From positions 1 through 43,794 of IMG/VR virus record IMGVR_UViG_3300033513_000019: a stretch of DNA of 43,794 nucleotides; one strand, 5' to 3'. Shown one piece after another: positions 35,036-43,793 of this stretch. Both the position numbers and the translations under genes were made by a program. The notes beneath the pieces were generated by a model. That model was not told the DNA's origin. It saw nothing but the letters and a program-made list of their open reading frames with translations, and ran no database searches. The DNA comes from a virus. Taxonomy: Duplodnaviria > Caudoviricetes. Numbering within the stretch: position 1 is the stretch's first letter; each line of letters begins with the position of its first letter.

Positions 35036-35467
35036 TTACGCGATGCGGTCTGCGAAGCGCAGATCGAAGAGGAGATAGCCGGACTTGAAGTCCAGCGCGA
35101 CGATGGAGACGGTCTTCGACCCGGCGGTCTGCGTGAGGGTCTGATCGTCGGCGATGTAGAAGTGCTCGCCGACATCGGACTGCGCGGCGCCCGAGAAGGG
35201 GAGCCAGACCTTGCCGCGCTTGAGCTTCCCGCGCAAGGCGGTCGAGCCCATGGCGTAGGCGTAGTTTCTTTCGCCGTTTTCGTACTCGCCGACGACGATG
35301 CCGGCGGGGAAAAGGTCGGCGGCGTCGGAAGGCGCGGCGGCGAAGCCGTTCGCGTCGTAGCAGAGGAGTCCGCCCTCGTAGTACGAGTCGGACGCGGCGA
35401 ACTTCGGGGAGATTTCATCCTGCTCCCCGACGTATTCGAGCTTGCGGGCGGCGGTGAGGTCTGCCAT
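35036..35467 (-). CDS. Capsid decoration/cement protein
   Basis: YYEGGL..GFAA..DVGEHFYIADDQT; between protease and capsid genes. Confidence 0.7.
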   Translation of the reverse strand: MADLTAARKLEYVGEQDEISPKFAASDSYYEGGLLCYDANGFAAAPSDAADLFPAGIVVGEYENGERNYAYAMGSTALRGKLKRGKVWLPFSGAAQSDVGEHFYIADDQTLTQTAGSKTVSIVALDFKSGYLLFDLRFADRIA

Positions 35468-36754
35468 TTAGTCTTCCTCCTTCGGGGAGAATTTGCGGTA
35501 ATCCCCTTCGCTCATGCCGAACATGGCGGCGGCCTTGTGGTCGTCTTCGGTGAGACCGGAAGTTCCGCTCGCGGTCTCCGGCGTCGACGTTCTCAGGTCG
35601 GGCGGGTTTACGCCGTTGGCGTTCGGGCTCTTTCCGCGATTGATCGCGCCCTGGATGGCGGGGAAGCACTCCTCGAAAGATTTCCCGGATGCGATGGCGT
35701 CCTCGACGGCTTTGTCGCCGTCGGCGTTCGCTCCCCTGAGCGCCACGATCTTCTCGCGGCGCGACTGTTCGGCCTTCATGCCTTCGGCGATGCCTTCCGC
35801 CTTCGCGGTCTGGTAGACGTCGGGATGCTCGGCCTTGAGCTGTGCAAGATCCATACGGACCTCCTTTGGTTTATTGGCCGTCGAGATGGCGGCGGCCGAG
35901 CTGGCGGAGCCAGCGTTTTCCATGGTCTGGCGGGGGCGCGCGATGCTCACGCCCTCGATGTGGTCGATCATCCCGGCGGCCTTCGCGGCGCTCGCGATAA
36001 GTACGCCGCCGCGCCCGAAGTCCTTGTTCACCTTGTCGGGGGATACGTTGCGGCCTTCGGCTACGCGGAAGACGAAGACCTTGTGGAGCGCGTCGAGTTG
36101 CTTGACGAGCGTCGCCTTGCCTTCGTCGGTGGAGTAGTCGGGCCGCTTGTCGGGAGCGTCCGAGGAAGTAAATACGCGATGAGCGACGCCCTTTTTCGCC
36201 ATAGCCTCGTCGTCGTCGTACCACTCCATGGCGACGCCGATGGAACCGAATTCGTCGGCCGGGGAAGTGGCGACGATCTTGTCGGCCTGGCTCGCGAGCC
36301 AGTAGGCGGCGGAGGCGGCCATGCCGGAGACGCGGGCCTCGGTCGGCTTCGCGATTGCGGCCATCGCCTGCGCGGCCTGGTCTACGCCGTCCACGTAGCC
36401 GCCGGGGGAGTTGATATCGAAGACGACGGACGAGACGGCCGGGTCGGCATCGGCGGCGCGGCATGCCTCGGCGATAAAGCCATACTCCGTCTCGCCCTGC
36501 ATGGAGAACGCGCCGCACGTGCTGGCCGACGGGGTCAGCTCGCCGACGATGGGAATGTGGGCGACGCCATTGATGACCTGGAGCTGGAGCGGATGCGCGG
36601 CGTCGGGCGTCCGGTAGACGGGGACGGACGCCAAGAGGTCGTCGCGGTCATCGTGCCATTCCTTCGACGTTTTCGATTTCGCGTAGGCGAGGAGGTCCTG
36701 CCTATCGACGAGGAGCCGCTCCAGGCTTCGGGGCTCCAGCGCGTACAGTCTCAC
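35468..36754 (-). CDS. S49-family prohead protease with C-terminal scaffold
   Basis: DINSPGG, AASAAYWLASQA, GSIGV; MDLAQLKAEHPDVY scaffold start. Confidence 0.92.
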   Translation of the reverse strand: MRLYALEPRSLERLLVDRQDLLAYAKSKTSKEWHDDRDDLLASVPVYRTPDAAHPLQLQVINGVAHIPIVGELTPSASTCGAFSMQGETEYGFIAEACRAADADPAVSSVVFDINSPGGYVDGVDQAAQAMAAIAKPTEARVSGMAASAAYWLASQADKIVATSPADEFGSIGVAMEWYDDDEAMAKKGVAHRVFTSSDAPDKRPDYSTDEGKATLVKQLDALHKVFVFRVAEGRNVSPDKVNKDFGRGGVLIASAAKAAGMIDHIEGVSIARPRQTMENAGSASSAAAISTANKPKEVRMDLAQLKAEHPDVYQTAKAEGIAEGMKAEQSRREKIVALRGANADGDKAVEDAIASGKSFEECFPAIQGAINRGKSPNANGVNPPDLRTSTPETASGTSGLTEDDHKAAAMFGMSEGDYRKFSPKEED

Positions 36755-37038
36755 AACCCGCCCCCGGAGCCCGCGTCACTCTTCGCGATGCCCGCGCCGA
36801 GCTTCCACTCCTTGATCTTGTCCATGATGATCGAGAAGTAGACGGGCGTGAAACACGCGGCGATACCGACGCCGGAGAAAATCACGTCGCCGATGTCGAT
36901 GCTCGCCGGGGCGCTTATGAACTTGTAGGCGGCCCAGCCCGTTATCCAGATCGCCGCGACGATCTGCGCGATGAGGCTAGAGAATTTGGCGCTTATGCCC
37001 TTTCCCTCGGGCGTGGTGCCCGTGCTGGTATCGCTCAT
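36751..37038 (-). CDS. Putative holin (2 TM)
   Basis: Two hydrophobic helices; adjacent to the peptidase. Confidence 0.55.
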   Translation of the reverse strand: MSDTSTGTTPEGKGISAKFSSLIAQIVAAIWITGWAAYKFISAPASIDIGDVIFSGVGIAACFTPVYFSIIMDKIKEWKLGAGIAKSDAGSGGGL

Positions 37039-37646
37039 GCTTTCCCTCCCGTGTAGACGATGACGCACGCCTGGACGTTCGCCTCGTATTCTGCTAGGCC
37101 CATGCGGAGCCGGAAGCCGTCCGTCCCGGTCCTCGCAGGGTGCGAGTCGTTGTAGATGATCTCGCCGGTCGTCGGGTCGTAATCGACGGCGGCGATGAAG
37201 TGGCCCGGCTCCTTGAGGCAGAGTTGGTCGGCGTAGCCCGCGATGAGGTCGGCGACGATCTCGTTCCACGACCGCATGAGGAAAACGAGGGCCTCAGTCG
37301 CGAAGAGTTCCTTCGCCGCGAGAGGGTACAGGTTCGGGATGCGGTTGCCCTGGACCCTGTCGAAGCCGAGGTCGTTGCGGATCTTGCGGAATTTCGCGTA
37401 GTTCGCGGGGTCGTTGAAGTAGTCGGCGGCTACTTCCTCCGGCTGGGGCTTATAGCCGCCGGGGGTGGTGATCTCGATGTCTACACCGAGCGCGTCTAGG
37501 CAGTTGACCATCGCCGTCGGGCCGCACGTTTCGAGCCAGCCCTTGACCTCGCCGCCCTCTTCGAGTTCGTCCTTGCGGAGTTGCTCTTCGGTCGGATTGT
37601 TCGTCTGGATGTGGAGGCGGGAGCGGTCGGTCGAGTATTTAGCCAT
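37035..37646 (-). CDS. C39-like papain-fold peptidase, putative endolysin
   Basis: QTNN..TCGPTAMVNCL (Cys), PGHFIAAVDYD (His), IIYNDS (Asp). Confidence 0.7.
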   Translation of the reverse strand: MAKYSTDRSRLHIQTNNPTEEQLRKDELEEGGEVKGWLETCGPTAMVNCLDALGVDIEITTPGGYKPQPEEVAADYFNDPANYAKFRKIRNDLGFDRVQGNRIPNLYPLAAKELFATEALVFLMRSWNEIVADLIAGYADQLCLKEPGHFIAAVDYDPTTGEIIYNDSHPARTGTDGFRLRMGLAEYEANVQACVIVYTGGKA

Positions 37647-37903
37647 TACGCGCCCCCTTTTTCGTGGTAGTCGAGACGGGTCTCGCACTTCACGATGCGA
37701 TTTCCGTGGTCATCGAGCGCGAGCCCGTGCTCGTCAATGCGGGTCCATTGCGCCTTGATCGTTTCGTTGATCGCGTTTATCGCGAACGTGTTCCGGTCGA
37801 GGACTTTTGAGAAGCGGGCGAAGATGCCGAAGAAAGCCCCGACGGCTCCGAGGATGGTCACGATGGCGACGACGACTGATAAAACGGCGACAAAATCGTT
37901 CAC
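37646..37903 (-). CDS. Putative holin/antiholin (1 TM + coiled coil)
   Basis: N-terminal TM then LDDHGNRIVKCE coil. Confidence 0.55.
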   Translation of the reverse strand: MNDFVAVLSVVVAIVTILGAVGAFFGIFARFSKVLDRNTFAINAINETIKAQWTRIDEHGLALDDHGNRIVKCETRLDYHEKGGA

Positions 37904-39861
37904 GCGGCCCCCTCCTCGGGTTTTTCGGTATCTGGATCTTCTTCGTTTTTCTGTCCTACGGTTTGCGCTGCCGACCCAGGGGATTGGGTAAGTGTTATCG
38001 GGCGCCGGACGCCTTCATCTTTTTCCCATGCCGACTTGACGGCCTGAGAGGCGGGCGGAAATCCGCCCTTCGCCCGAAAATGATCCTCGTCTTCCGGCTG
38101 GGGCGTGATTGCACCGGCGCGGACAGCGACGCCATAACTGTCCATTTCTTGTTTGAGGCCTTCAAAGTCCGTATCTTCTTCCGTCTCGGAATCCGTTTTT
38201 CCTTCGTCCTCAGTAGTGCCTTTCGTGGGCTGACCAGGAGATGTGAGCGTGTCGACGGGCTCGACCTTCGGCATGACCTCGCGCTCGGCGGCTTGTTTTT
38301 CCATGTTGTCGTAGTAATCCGAGCCGTCGTAGTTTTGCGCGTTTCGCTCGCGGCATGTGGCTCCCTGCGCGATGCGTATGTCGGCCGCCTCGGCGTCCTT
38401 GACGGGGTCGATGCTCGGCATGCTCTGACCGATCCATGTGGTCGCGAGCCAGGCGCGGGTGATGAGCGGGGTGGAGCCGAAACCGGGGGCCTCGATGAGC
38501 TTACGATCGACCATCTCGACGAACCACGCCTCGAAGATAGGCTGGAGCCACTGACTCGCGAAGTGAACGCGCCAGCGCTCGACGACTTGCCAGAAAAGAA
38601 TAAGAGCCGCGCGGCTGGCGCTGTAGTTCGAGGAGAATTTTTCCTCGACGACCTCGATAGGCTCGGACATGCGGGCGGAGATGGACTTCATGATCGCGTC
38701 GACAAAGACGCCGAAATTCACGTTCGGGCGCTTCGTGTCGAAGGAGGCAATGTCTTCGCCCTTCTTAAGCGACGCGACGAAGAGGCCGGGCTGGCGGACA
38801 TGCACGTCCTCGGCTTTCACGTCGGTCGAAGCGCTTGGCGTAGTAGATCCGCGAGCGGAAATCCCGCCGCCGAGTATCGCCCTCGGGTCCGTCTTCGTGT
38901 CCGCGTCGGCGCTCGGCTTGACGTAAGCCGCGACGATGGCGTTCACGAGGGCGGCTTCGAGTTCAAAAAGCTCGTAGTCGGTTATTTTCTGGAGTTCATG
39001 GAGGACGGGGGCGAGGACGCCAGTGCCGCGAATCTGACCGGGTAGGTCAAGGATCGCGGGCAGGATGAGGAAACGACGCTTCCCTTGCTTCACTTCGACG
39101 CGGACGGGCTTTGCGCCGGGCTCGCTCGTGACGTAGACGGCGACAATCTTCCCGGAGCTCGTGATCTCCATCCCGTCGCGGATCTCGTTTCCGCGCGCTT
39201 TCGCGGCGGCGATGAACGTCGCGTCGTAGAGGTCGTCTATCTGTTCGGGGTCGATGAATTGCAGACAAAGAGGATTTACGCGCTCGGCGTCTCCGTCGTA
39301 GCGGAGGACTGTCGGAGCCTCTCCGTCGCGGAGTTCGTTCATGAAGGCAAAGCCTTGAAGCTCGGGGAGGCTTCGGCGGCCGGTCGCGTCGGGCTCGTGC
39401 GAAGAGGCCCAGGCGTACCATTTCAGCTCCACGTCGCGGCAGAATGCGCGGCGTTTCTTGGCGTCCCAGTCCTTTGTCCCGGTGAGTTCCCAGAGGGGCG
39501 TATGCTCCAAAGTGAGCCCGTTGCCGATGACGTTGTCGACGAGGCGCTGGAGAAGCGCGCCGCCCTGCATGGAGTCCCAGTACGCCTCGCGGCTTCGAGC
39601 CCGAAGCGCGTTATGGTCGAGTTCTTTTCCCGAGGAGTAGAGCGAGCGGAGAGTCCCTCGCATCTTCGAGCCGTCATAGGTGATCGACGCAGTCGAGCCG
39701 CCGGTGCGGTGCGGATATCCAAAGCCAGCGGAGGTTTTCTTGTTTTTTTTGGACTGGATTCCAAGATATTCGTCTAGTTCGGCGACGGCGTTTTTGTAGT
39801 CGTCTGTCCTCCGCGTTGCCGCGTCGCGTACCGCCGCCGCGATCTTGCCGCGCAGACTCAT
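37900..39861 (-). CDS. Lambda-family portal protein with C-terminal extension
   Basis: LRARSR, NVIGNG, LQFIDPEQI, PGQIRG, NYSASRAAL, IDPVKD. Confidence 0.92.
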   Translation of the reverse strand: MSLRGKIAAAVRDAATRRTDDYKNAVAELDEYLGIQSKKNKKTSAGFGYPHRTGGSTASITYDGSKMRGTLRSLYSSGKELDHNALRARSREAYWDSMQGGALLQRLVDNVIGNGLTLEHTPLWELTGTKDWDAKKRRAFCRDVELKWYAWASSHEPDATGRRSLPELQGFAFMNELRDGEAPTVLRYDGDAERVNPLCLQFIDPEQIDDLYDATFIAAAKARGNEIRDGMEITSSGKIVAVYVTSEPGAKPVRVEVKQGKRRFLILPAILDLPGQIRGTGVLAPVLHELQKITDYELFELEAALVNAIVAAYVKPSADADTKTDPRAILGGGISARGSTTPSASTDVKAEDVHVRQPGLFVASLKKGEDIASFDTKRPNVNFGVFVDAIMKSISARMSEPIEVVEEKFSSNYSASRAALILFWQVVERWRVHFASQWLQPIFEAWFVEMVDRKLIEAPGFGSTPLITRAWLATTWIGQSMPSIDPVKDAEAADIRIAQGATCRERNAQNYDGSDYYDNMEKQAAEREVMPKVEPVDTLTSPGQPTKGTTEDEGKTDSETEEDTDFEGLKQEMDSYGVAVRAGAITPQPEDEDHFRAKGGFPPASQAVKSAWEKDEGVRRPITLTQSPGSAAQTVGQKNEEDPDTEKPEEGAA

Positions 39862-40091
39862 ATCGGACCTCGCCCCGCGTGTACCGCGATGGTCTGCGGC
39901 CCGGTGCCGTTCGCTTCCGCGAGTTCGCTTTCGAGATCCTTGATGACTGCCTGAAGTTCTTTCAGATCGCGGGTAACGGTGATCTGCCCCTGGCCGGAGT
40001 TCACGCCGTAGGACTTGGCCTCCATGGCCTTGCGGCGCGCAGCATAGGCGGCCGTGAGGTCGGCCTGGATATCGGCGACCGCGCGGCTCAC
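39858..40091 (-). CDS. gpW-like head-to-tail adaptor
   Basis: Helix-beta hairpin-helix, RDLKELQAVIKDLESEL; between terL and portal. Confidence 0.75.
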   Translation of the reverse strand: MSRAVADIQADLTAAYAARRKAMEAKSYGVNSGQGQITVTRDLKELQAVIKDLESELAEANGTGPQTIAVHAGRGPI

Positions 40092-40204
40092 TCGTGACCT
40101 CTGGACATGCCGAGGCGCTCGCAGTTATTTACTAACCGGAGCGCCTCGCGCGATGTCACTCGCCGGACGTGGACCCTGACTAATTCCGTCGGGTTCGTCC
40201 TCAT
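40088..40204 (-). CDS. Possible 38-aa leader ORF over a structured leader
   Basis: ATG at 40204; stop overlaps the gpW start (GTGA). Confidence 0.35.
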   Translation of the reverse strand: MRTNPTELVRVHVRRVTSREALRLVNNCERLGMSRGHE

Positions 40205-40212
40205 TTCCCCTC

Positions 40213-40241
40213 AGTCTATCATGGTAGGGTTAACAAGTCAA
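40213..40241 (-). promoter_or_regulatory. Late promoter for head genes
   Basis: TTGACT-17 bp-(TGn)TAGACT. Confidence 0.6.
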
Positions 40242-40256
40242 CAAGAAAACAAGCTG

Positions 40257-42200
40257 TCAAGAGGTTTTTAACGCTTCCCAAAAAACCGACCAGTCGACCG
40301 CCCCGCTCTCGTCTCCGGCGGCGGCTGTCGCCAGGACGTAGAGCGCACCGAGGTTATAGACCCTAGCGTCGAGGGCTTCGTTTCGCCTGCCTTCAGGCTT
40401 ATTCCAGACCCACTTCTCCTGGCCGAGCTTGTTTTTTTGTTTGATCCGCTCCTCGGCCGTGAGCATCTGGAAATACTTTGCGTCGTATTCTGTCGAAAAA
40501 TGAGCATATCCTGGTGGGTAAGGCTGGCCTGCGTCGGGCGCGCACTTGTCTATGTCCGCGTAAACGACCTGCTTCATGAGGTCGACGTCCAGGTCTACGC
40601 GCCGGCAGGAGTATCCGACTACGTCCCGGACGGCGAAGGCTCGGCGGGTGACGCCGACGCGCGGGTCGCCCTTCGAGGGGAAGACGCGGCCGTCGAAGCG
40701 TTCGCAAAAGCGATAGACGGCGTCCGTGTTGAATCCGGCGTCGATGAGCGCGAGGGAAAGACTATGCCCGGCGTGCGTTGAGATGAGGAGCGCGTAGAGT
40801 TCATCCCATACCTTGTCGTTTTCGTTTTTTGTGTTCCCCGTCATGACGAAATAGCCAAGGCTCCAGGATTCCTTATCGGCTCCCCAGGCGACAATCTCCG
40901 CCTCGATTCTGTTTTCCTGGACATCGCCCCCGAGGGTGAGCAGGTAGGCGCCGTCCGGCCACTCGCCGGGCGTGTAGTAGGTCTCGCCATTAGGGAGGAT
41001 GCCGCGCGACTCGACGCGGTAGGGCTCGCGCCGGTCCATGATTTTTTCCCATGGGGGAGCTGCGCCGCGCTCCTCGAAGGTCTCGCCCAGGACGGTATTG
41101 ATAAACGCCCGGCGCTTCTCCAGACTGTCGCCGATCTCAAGCCACTCCTCGACGATGGATTCCCAGGACTGCATCCCGATTGAAGAGTAGAGCGAGGAGA
41201 CGTGGTAGGACCGGAGGCCGGGGCGCTTGCTTTTTGCGGTCGGTATCCATTTTGCTTTACCGCCGCAACCTTCCTCGGGAAGAAAAAAAACTTTATCCTC
41301 GTTTTTCCAGGTAGCGCGGCACTCGGGATTAGAGCACTCATAGCGCACGCTCGAATAAATAAGTTCACCCGTTTTTTCATCTTTGTCATATTTTATTTGA
41401 TGCCATTCAAGCGGCTGAAGTTTTCCGCACTTCTTGCACGGGACATGGTAGCGGCGCTGGTCTCCAAGCAGAAAAAGCGGCTCGATCTTGCTTGTCTGTT
41501 TGACGAGGGGCGTAGAACCGTAGAGGATTTTTCGCGTTGCTTCGTAGCTGACCGTCCTGCGCTTCAAAAGCGAAAGCGGATCGCCTTCGTTTTGGACGTT
41601 CGCACCGTAGGCGTCCACCTCATCGAGGAAAAGATACTTGACGGGGAATTGGCGCATTTTCGCGGCCGAGTTCGGGCCGATGGCAAGGAGGAAGCCACCG
41701 GGAAATTCTTTTTTGTTTACGGTATCCCCTGATTTTTTATTTCCTTTTTTTTCGGACTGGCTGAAAATCTTATGTGCGATTCCAGAACTTTGGAGCATGC
41801 GGTCAATGCGTAGCTCGACCGCGTCCTCGGCCATCTTCGCGTCGCCAGAAACGAAAAGTGCTCCGCCAGGCTCGCAGTCGATCATATAGCCTAGATCGTT
41901 TTCAAGGACCGCAACGGTAAAGGTGACTTGCGCCCCCTTCATGACGGCGACCTCTCGGACGGGGCTTTCCGCGCTAAAACAATCAGCGATTTCGCGCATA
42001 CATGGGGAATTTTCCCAGCGGAACGGGCCAGGGAGGGGCGTCAAGCCTTCCGGGAGGATACGCTTTTCCGTCGCCCACTGGCTCACGGTCTTGTGGCTGA
42101 TCTCTGTATGGATTGCCGCGTCGAGCGTCTCGCCCGTCCAGGCCCAGGCGTCGGCGAGATCCTCGGCGCTGTAGAGCGGGCGACGCGCGGGGGCTCTCAT
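40257..42200 (-). CDS. terL: Terminase large subunit, lambda GpA family
   Basis: VSQWA..MKGAQVTFT, KEFPGG, LFLDEVDAY, GSTP, GDQRRY.VPC, FINTVLGE, GGDVQ, RNEALDARVY. Confidence 0.95.
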   Translation of the reverse strand: MRAPARRPLYSAEDLADAWAWTGETLDAAIHTEISHKTVSQWATEKRILPEGLTPLPGPFRWENSPCMREIADCFSAESPVREVAVMKGAQVTFTVAVLENDLGYMIDCEPGGALFVSGDAKMAEDAVELRIDRMLQSSGIAHKIFSQSEKKGNKKSGDTVNKKEFPGGFLLAIGPNSAAKMRQFPVKYLFLDEVDAYGANVQNEGDPLSLLKRRTVSYEATRKILYGSTPLVKQTSKIEPLFLLGDQRRYHVPCKKCGKLQPLEWHQIKYDKDEKTGELIYSSVRYECSNPECRATWKNEDKVFFLPEEGCGGKAKWIPTAKSKRPGLRSYHVSSLYSSIGMQSWESIVEEWLEIGDSLEKRRAFINTVLGETFEERGAAPPWEKIMDRREPYRVESRGILPNGETYYTPGEWPDGAYLLTLGGDVQENRIEAEIVAWGADKESWSLGYFVMTGNTKNENDKVWDELYALLISTHAGHSLSLALIDAGFNTDAVYRFCERFDGRVFPSKGDPRVGVTRRAFAVRDVVGYSCRRVDLDVDLMKQVVYADIDKCAPDAGQPYPPGYAHFSTEYDAKYFQMLTAEERIKQKNKLGQEKWVWNKPEGRRNEALDARVYNLGALYVLATAAAGDESGAVDWSVFWEALKTS

Positions 42201-42991
42201 TCCAGGCCGAGATCCTGCGGCGTGGTCTGGATGCGGGGCTCTTCGATGAGGCGAGGCTGGAGGTAGGCGGTCTCGATGCGGCGGCAGGCAATGTCGAAAT
42301 AGTGCTCTGTGAGTTCACACCCGATGAACTTGCGGCCCATTCGAGCGCATGAGACACCCGTCGTTCCTGATCCCATAAAAGGATCTAGGACGACCTCGTC
42401 GGGCTTTGCGATGGATACAATGCGGTCCATGAGTTCAACGGGCTTTTGCGTCGAGTGTTCGCGCTCGTTCCCGGTCGGGGCGGGAATGGAAAATACTCCA
42501 GGATGATACGCCGCGCCTTTGGATGTGTCGAAGTCGCGCGGGCCATTCGTCGCCCATACGATGTATTCCGCCTGTGCGCGAAAACGGTTGGGCATGGGTC
42601 GGGCGGAGACCTTATCCCAAACAGCTATCCCGCGCCAAACAAATCCGGCAAGCTGAATAGCGTCGGTACAGGCGGGGAGCTGGCGCCAGTCGCTAAACAA
42701 GCAAGCCATGCCCCCCCCCTTAAGTATTCGCATGGACTCGCCGAGCCATAGCGCCATCCAAAGCATCCAGGACCGCTGGTCGCGATTGTCTCCGGCGAAA
42801 TTGGCGAGGTAGGAATTGAGGCCGGTCGTTTGGTATTTAGTTGCCGTGTCGACCATGCGGTCGCCGCGCGTGAATCCTCCCGACGAATATGGCGGATCGG
42901 TAATAAGCGCGTCGACAGCATCCATGGTCGGAAGTACCTCTTCGCATTTTCCGAGGTACAGCGTCGCCTCCCCGATCTTTTCCATCCTCAT
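42197..42991 (-). CDS. N4/N6 DNA methyltransferase (beta class)
   Basis: ITDPPY, HSTQKP, VLDPFMGSGTTG. Confidence 0.93.
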   Translation of the reverse strand: MRMEKIGEATLYLGKCEEVLPTMDAVDALITDPPYSSGGFTRGDRMVDTATKYQTTGLNSYLANFAGDNRDQRSWMLWMALWLGESMRILKGGGMACLFSDWRQLPACTDAIQLAGFVWRGIAVWDKVSARPMPNRFRAQAEYIVWATNGPRDFDTSKGAAYHPGVFSIPAPTGNEREHSTQKPVELMDRIVSIAKPDEVVLDPFMGSGTTGVSCARMGRKFIGCELTEHYFDIACRRIETAYLQPRLIEEPRIQTTPQDLGLE

Positions 42992-43656
42992 GCGTTCATC
43001 TCCATCTTCCCCGCTTCGTCTTTCGACCGTGCCAGCGCCGCCGCGATCTCGCGCTCCAGGTACGCCTCTACCTCGGCCACTCCGCCCTCGCTCCTGGCGA
43101 GCGCGTGGACCTGCGCGGAGATCCGGCGGGGCATGTCGCGAAAGTTCGTTTTAAGGCTGGCGTCGAAGGCGTTGAAGCGCTGGCGGACAAGCTCGCGGGG
43201 GATTAGTTTTTTCTTGAGCGCCGCCGCCTGGAGTTCTTTAAGGTGGGTTTCCACCTCAGCCTTGATGCGCATGGCGCGGGTATGTTTAATTTTTTCATCC
43301 GACGCCTGAATGATCTTCCCGATCCCGTCGAGGGCATCCCTGTCGTCATCCGGCTGGCGGGTGGGCCGGGGGGTCCGCTTCGCCTTCGGCTTCTCCGGCT
43401 CCGGTACAGTCGCCGCCGGCGCCGCCTCGCCCTCCACCGCCTTCACGCCATCCGCCTTCGGGGCCACGGTGGCCCGCTTCCTGGCGACTCTCTTCCCGGT
43501 GTGCGCGGCGATCCATTCCGCATTCTGCGGGTAGTCGGTGTCTATTTTCTTATCCGCGTCCGCGACGAGCGCGCCACGCTTGATAGCCTGAGAGACTCCG
43601 CTCCGGTCTTTGAAGCCGACGTACTTGGATAGGTCCGCCTGTGAAATCTTCGGCAT
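42988..43656 (-). CDS. terS: Terminase small subunit (Nu1-like)
   Basis: N-terminal HTH (ISQADLSKYVG..SGVSQAIKRG), coiled coil and LIPRELV; upstream of terL. Confidence 0.75.
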   Translation of the reverse strand: MPKISQADLSKYVGFKDRSGVSQAIKRGALVADADKKIDTDYPQNAEWIAAHTGKRVARKRATVAPKADGVKAVEGEAAPAATVPEPEKPKAKRTPRPTRQPDDDRDALDGIGKIIQASDEKIKHTRAMRIKAEVETHLKELQAAALKKKLIPRELVRQRFNAFDASLKTNFRDMPRRISAQVHALARSEGGVAEVEAYLEREIAAALARSKDEAGKMEMNA

Positions 43657-43686
43657 GGGCTCCTTGAGCGCCCCGAGTGGCGCACC

Positions 43687-43751
43687 GTTGACAGACTAGC
43701 ATAGTGTTGACGAGTTGACAAGGTAGAAAGTGCACAAGTCAACACGTCAAC
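43687..43751. promoter_or_regulatory. GTTGAC/GTCAAC repeat array (cosB-like or operator) overlapping the terS promoter
   Basis: Inverted 14-mers at 43706-43719 and 43738-43751 (13/14 match); minus-strand TTGTCA-17-(TGn)TAGTCT. Confidence 0.55.
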
Positions 43752-43782
43752 AAAAAACCGAGTCAGTATAAAAATATGGCGG

Positions 43783-43793
43783 GGTGATGTACC
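43783..43793. repeat. Right terminal direct repeat GGTGATGTACC
   Basis: Matches positions 2-12. Confidence 0.7.

Noticed and set aside
34151-36841. 896-aa plus-strand ORF and many other long antisense ORFs (e.g. 31803-32987, 37807-39045, 9266-10321)
   Set aside because: Shadow frames opposite clear genes in GC3-rich DNA; no motifs or RBS
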